Shown one piece after another: positions 59,677 through 64,000 of a stretch of DNA of 64,000 bases (positions within the stretch are counted from its first letter, which is position 1; each line of letters opens with the position of its first letter). Below the pieces are notes generated by a model. That model was not told the origin of the DNA. It was given only the letters and a program-made list of their open reading frames with translations, and did no database searches. The translations under genes and the position numbers were made by a program. The DNA comes from a virus: IMG/VR virus record IMGVR_UViG_3300033746_000013, one strand, 5' to 3'.

Positions 59677-61101
59677 ATGGAAACAAAGAAAAGTATATTG
59701 AAAGAAGCAATTCTTGAATTTAATGAATTAATGGAAGCTGCAAAAGATAAAGCTAAAGATGATATGGCTAAAGAATTTCCAGATAAATTCAATAAAATAA
59801 TGAATGAACACATTGAAAAACTCAATAATATGAAAAAAAATATCAACGAAAAAGCTGAAACGTTTAAAGAAGAACCTAAAACTGAAAAAGCTAAAGAAAT
59901 AGGTAAAACAGAAGACACCGATAAAAGAAAAGAAGGTGGTGATGGCGTTGATAAAGATGTTGAGAAAACTTTTACTAAAGAGCCTAAAAAAGGTACAAAA
60001 AAAGTTAATGAGTCTTATGAAGATGATATAGATTTAACAGATTTCTCAATGGATGAACTTGAAGAAGCATTTAATGGTGCTGATGATGAAGACGATTTTG
60101 AAATAGATGATGAAATCGAATTAGATTTGGGTGACAGTGAACTTGATTTAGATGATATTAGTGCTGAAATCGCAAAAATGGATAAAATGTCTGAAGAATT
60201 TGAAGTTGATGATTTAGATGAGGATGTTGATGATCCTTACACAAAATTGAAAAAACTTCAAGAAGAAATGAATCAAATTATTGATAATATTAATAAAGGT
60301 GGTGAATTGCAAGAGCAAGAAGATCCTATGATTCAAGAATTTGATGAAAAAATGTCTGGTGTTTATGGTGAAAATTATAAAGATGTATTAGGTAGCGATT
60401 ACGATAAAATGTTAGATCTCTATAAATCACAATCGGATGGTGAACCTAAACATTTTAATGATGAAGAAAATGTAGAAGTTTCTATGGATAAAGATGAAGT
60501 AGAAGAAGCACATGGAGTTTCATTATCAAATAATAAAAAAGTTGGTTCAGAAACACAACCTCGTCCAGAATATGCAGACTATAAAAAAGATAAACTTAGG
60601 TTTGCTTTACAAAGAGAACAATTGGAAAAAAGAGTTAAAGCATTAGTATCTGAAAACAAAAACACTAAAATCAATTTTAATAAATTAAAAAAGAAAACAG
60701 CAGAGTCTAATAAATTATTAGAAAATTATAGAAACGTTATTGATAAATATAGAAACAGTTTAAATGAGATGGTTGTATTTAATACAAATTTGGCTCATGT
60801 AAATAATTTATTAATCGATGAAAATTTCGATTTTAACGTTGAAGATAAAAAAGAAATCGTTGAAAGATTTAAACCTGTTCAAAGTATTGATGAGTCTGAA
60901 AAAGTATATAAAGAAATTTTAAGTGAAAACTCTAACGGTAAGAAAGACATTGTTGAATCAATAGAAAAAAAATATAATAATGTCGTTACACCATCATCAA
61001 AACAAAAAATAGGTGAAGCTGTTGAAAAATCAGCATTTAAAAAAGATAAACATATTGAAAAATTGAAAAGATTAGTCAATTACAATATGGATAGAAAATA
61101 A
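59677..61101 (+). CDS. prohead scaffolding/core protein (gp22-like)
   Basis: acidic coiled coil between the protease and MCP; LNEMVVFNTNLAHVNNL. Confidence 0.75.
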   Translation: METKKSILKEAILEFNELMEAAKDKAKDDMAKEFPDKFNKIMNEHIEKLNNMKKNINEKAETFKEEPKTEKAKEIGKTEDTDKRKEGGDGVDKDVEKTFTKEPKKGTKKVNESYEDDIDLTDFSMDELEEAFNGADDEDDFEIDDEIELDLGDSELDLDDISAEIAKMDKMSEEFEVDDLDEDVDDPYTKLKKLQEEMNQIIDNINKGGELQEQEDPMIQEFDEKMSGVYGENYKDVLGSDYDKMLDLYKSQSDGEPKHFNDEENVEVSMDKDEVEEAHGVSLSNNKKVGSETQPRPEYADYKKDKLRFALQREQLEKRVKALVSENKNTKINFNKLKKKTAESNKLLENYRNVIDKYRNSLNEMVVFNTNLAHVNNLLIDENFDFNVEDKKEIVERFKPVQSIDESEKVYKEILSENSNGKKDIVESIEKKYNNVVTPSSKQKIGEAVEKSAFKKDKHIEKLKRLVNYNMDRK

Positions 61102-61126
61102 TAATAAAAATTAAAAATAAGATAAA

Positions 61127-62782
61127 ATGGGATTTCTTACAGAAAACGAACTAGTTGGAAATATTGGTCTTAAACACTTGAAAGAACAACGTGAGATCAC
61201 CACAAACCGATGGGAACAAATTGGTTTGTTAGAAGGTCTTGAAGGTAACTTGAAAGAAAACTGTGCTCAGTTATTCGAGAACCAATTATCTGACATGATG
61301 AGAATTAATGAATCAACTGACTCCGCAAATAGTGGACAGTTTGAGACAGTCGCATTCCCTGTTATTCGAAGGGTATTTGCTAAATTGCTTGCTAATGAAT
61401 TAGTTTCAGTTCAAGCATTGAACTTACCTCTTGGTAAATTATATTACATTAACCCTAAGATTTCAGTTAGAACTGATGGTGGTACTAATCATACATCTCC
61501 TGATGGTGCTTATGAAAATGCTGCAACTGCAAGTGAAAGAACTGAATATGAAGAGCGTTCATTATATGATGCTTACTATGCAACAGAATATGATCATGAA
61601 GGTGAATCATTGTTTGATAGATCAAAAGGACGTATTACTAACGTAGACGGTGTAACTTCAGCAGATTATGTTGTTGGTGATAAATCTGCAACTATTACTC
61701 TTTCTGGATTTACAACTACTGATTCAGGTGCTCTTGTTGGGCCTTCTGGTGTACCTATGGATACTGAAAGTTTCTTAGCATCATTAAAAATTACTTCTGA
61801 TGTTGATTTGATTGCTCCGGCTCCGTTCCAAGATGAAACTATTGTTGCTGGTCAAAACATTCCTTTTAATGTTAAAACTCAACAGTATGGTAAAGCAATG
61901 GTTGATAAGAATGGTAATTTGATATTGAATGTTGATACTACTTATCCCGGTGAGAATGGATATCAAGCATTTAGTGCTGCTACTACTCCTACTTTCAACT
62001 ATGAATACAGAGTATATTCAGACTTAGAGGAAGATAGTGAAATGGCTGAAGTTACTTTCGGTCTTGATGAAGTTACTGTTTCTGTTGAAACACGTAAAAT
62101 GAGAAGTCAATGGACTCCTGAACTTGCTCAAGATGTTAGTGCTTTCCATAACATTGATGCTGAAGCTGAGTTAACTGCTCTCCTTTCAGAGCAAATGGCT
62201 GCTGAAATCGACCGTGAGATTCTTCGTGATCTTCGTAGAGGTGCTGCTTGGACATTGCGTTGGGATTATAATGGATTGCGTAAGCAAACTAATACTTACT
62301 ATGGTACTCAAAAAGATTGGAATCAAACATTGATTACTAAAATTAATCAAATCTCAGCACAAATCCATAAAGCTGTCCTTCGTGGTGGTGCATCTTGGAT
62401 TGTTGTTTCTCCTGAGATTAGTGCAGTATTTGATGACCTTGAATACTTCCACGTAAGTAATGCTGCTCCTGAACAGGATAAGTATAACATGGGTATTGAA
62501 AAGATTGGTACTCTTTCTGGACGTTACCAAGTATTCCGTGATCCTTATTCTCCTGCTGGAACAATGTTGATTGGTCACAGAGGTAGAACAATACTTGAAA
62601 GTGGGTACGTGTACGCCCCGTACATACCTCTCCAGTTAACTCCTGTGATGTATAATCCATTCGATTTTAAACCTATTAGGGGTATTATGACAAGATACGC
62701 TAAGAAGATGATTCTTAATCGTTATTATGGTCGTATCTTGTGTGATGGATTGCAAACATTTGGTATTGGTGACTTGAAATAG
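61127..62782 (+). CDS. major capsid protein (T4 gp23-like)
   Basis: W...GLLEGL, FPVIRRVF, SVQALNLP.G, RKMRSQWTPELAQD..AFHNIDAEAEL, EIDREIL, YAPYIPL, TRYAKK. Confidence 0.95.
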   Translation: MGFLTENELVGNIGLKHLKEQREITTNRWEQIGLLEGLEGNLKENCAQLFENQLSDMMRINESTDSANSGQFETVAFPVIRRVFAKLLANELVSVQALNLPLGKLYYINPKISVRTDGGTNHTSPDGAYENAATASERTEYEERSLYDAYYATEYDHEGESLFDRSKGRITNVDGVTSADYVVGDKSATITLSGFTTTDSGALVGPSGVPMDTESFLASLKITSDVDLIAPAPFQDETIVAGQNIPFNVKTQQYGKAMVDKNGNLILNVDTTYPGENGYQAFSAATTPTFNYEYRVYSDLEEDSEMAEVTFGLDEVTVSVETRKMRSQWTPELAQDVSAFHNIDAEAELTALLSEQMAAEIDREILRDLRRGAAWTLRWDYNGLRKQTNTYYGTQKDWNQTLITKINQISAQIHKAVLRGGASWIVVSPEISAVFDDLEYFHVSNAAPEQDKYNMGIEKIGTLSGRYQVFRDPYSPAGTMLIGHRGRTILESGYVYAPYIPLQLTPVMYNPFDFKPIRGIMTRYAKKMILNRYYGRILCDGLQTFGIGDLK

Positions 62783-62799
62783 TCTTAGTTCTAATATAT

Positions 62800-62831
62800 A
62801 AAAAGGGTGAGAATTAATTCTCACCCTTTTT
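62800..62831. terminator. bidirectional intrinsic terminator
   Basis: AAAAAGGGTGAGAATTAATTCTCACCCTTTTT. Confidence 0.8.
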
Positions 62832-63920
62832 TATGATTTTTTCATACTTAAATTTACCACAATCCCATATTCGATCATATCCAATTTCCTGCATCATGTC
62901 CCATTCCGTTTTATTAATGTCAAAATAATTTGGATATTTTAATCTTAATTTATTTTTACCAAATCCAAATTTATGTAATCGACCGCTTCTATGTGATTTT
63001 CTATAATAATATTTATAATCTGGTTTTAAAATATTAACACATTTAAATCCTAATTTAATATATAAATTATCGTTTTGATTTGGAGTCCATCTTCTATCTG
63101 CAAAACTAATAATTCTATTAGGATTATATTGATTTATGAAAAAATTTAATAATTTAGAAGCCATTCCATTAATTACATAACCATTCTTCACAGCATACCT
63201 TGTTAATTCATATATATCATTAGTATGACCCTTAGATTTAGACATATTCCGTTTATTATCAAAACACATAATAGAAACTAATTGGTTGTTATAATATGCA
63301 CCAATACAAATTTTTGATTTAACGTTACCTTGTATGTGATTTTCATTTAAAAATTCTTTTTTTATATCATTATCTATTTCATTAGAAATTATACATTTTC
63401 GAGCATGTATTTTTTTATTACATTTTTTCAATAAATATAATAATTTATTTTTAATAATTTCTTTTTTTTCTTCCCATTCATCTTCATGTAAATGGTATAA
63501 ATTAATATTTTTCTTTGCTGCTATCAAAGTTTTATTTAAATGATAATTAAATGTTTTTTTACCATAAATTTCTGTATGATATAAATTCCCATTATATTCA
63601 ATACCAATATTATATTCAGGTAAAAATAAATCAATTTCTAATCCATCTAAATATTTTCTTTTTGATTGTTCTACTTTTATATTATTTTCTTCTAAGAATA
63701 ATTTAATTTCATTTTCGGATTTAGAAGTTTTGCTTTTTTTTATAAATTTATTTGTATTTTTACTAATAATACTTAATTTATCTTTAGTTCCCTTAGAAAC
63801 TATATCATCATCACCATATTTTAATTTATATTCTGTAACATTCGTATTATGTTTTTTTAAATGAGTATTATTAATAATTTTCATTTTTTTACCACAAATT
63901 TTACATTGAACTAAACCCAT
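62814..63920 (-). CDS. putative homing endonuclease (Hef-like: Zn finger + PD-(D/E)XK/Vsr-like + C-terminal RIWDCG domain)
   Basis: CKIC..HLKKH, EIDLFLPE..IGIEYNG.LYH, IHARKC, FLNENHIQG, SFADRRW, RIWDCG. Confidence 0.75.
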   Translation of the reverse strand: MGLVQCKICGKKMKIINNTHLKKHNTNVTEYKLKYGDDDIVSKGTKDKLSIISKNTNKFIKKSKTSKSENEIKLFLEENNIKVEQSKRKYLDGLEIDLFLPEYNIGIEYNGNLYHTEIYGKKTFNYHLNKTLIAAKKNINLYHLHEDEWEEKKEIIKNKLLYLLKKCNKKIHARKCIISNEIDNDIKKEFLNENHIQGNVKSKICIGAYYNNQLVSIMCFDNKRNMSKSKGHTNDIYELTRYAVKNGYVINGMASKLLNFFINQYNPNRIISFADRRWTPNQNDNLYIKLGFKCVNILKPDYKYYYRKSHRSGRLHKFGFGKNKLRLKYPNYFDINKTEWDMMQEIGYDRIWDCGKFKYEKIIKKGEN

Positions 63921-64000
63921 TTTAGAAATATCTTCATAATTTTTAAAATATTTTTCATCTTTTTTATTATCTTTTAAATATTCTTCTATTGTTTTATTAT

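Noticed and set aside
61127..62782. Higher GC of the capsid gene as a sign of horizontal transfer
   Set aside because: Explained by amino-acid composition and codon bias of a highly expressed gene in its expected syntenic position
4088..62824. Short antisense or alternate-frame ORFs in the track (e.g. 4088..4477, 5355..5543, 6007..6390, 20255..20596, 33347..33595, 50449..50685, 53545..53790, 62354..62824)
   Set aside because: They lie inside well-supported genes and have no recognisable motifs or expression signals
1..64000. tRNA, rRNA or riboswitch (e.g. a cobalamin riboswitch before nrdJ)
   Set aside because: Intergenic gaps are short and extremely AT-rich; I saw only terminator-like hairpins. 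A tRNAscan/Infernal run would be needed to exclude these formally

Overview
A 64-kb segment of a very AT-rich, T4-like (gp17/gp20/gp21/gp22/gp23-type) large tailed phage genome. The host is most likely Bacteroidota, inferred from repeated TTTG-N19-21-TAnnTTTG promoters, a lack of Shine-Dalgarno sites and a CarboxypepD_reg-like gene. The left half is mostly minus-strand early/metabolic genes: Dda-like helicase, nucleotidyltransferase, N-formylglutamate amidohydrolase, IMPDH/GMP reductase, PNK, metallophosphoesterase and NrdJ. It is interrupted by two copies of a plus-strand three-gene cassette encoding mosaic PKD + BspA/DUF285-type LRR proteins. The right half is the head morphogenesis/packaging module plus a baseplate-hub-like gene and a two-domain lysin. 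Highlights: (i) four inteins, two of them naturally split (an atypically split TerL intein, 36/108 aa, with a free-standing endonuclease between the halves, and an IMPDH/GMPR intein, 104/41 aa, sitting directly before the catalytic Cys); (ii) a duplicated trio of paralogous LRR adhesin-like genes with evidence of module swapping and repeat slippage; (iii) a sense-strand (A)CTATTTATA motif, the reverse complement of the T4 late promoter, before about 20 virion/late genes, many of which begin with an I/L-x-E head-targeting-like peptide. All calls are from visual motif recognition; no database searches were run.
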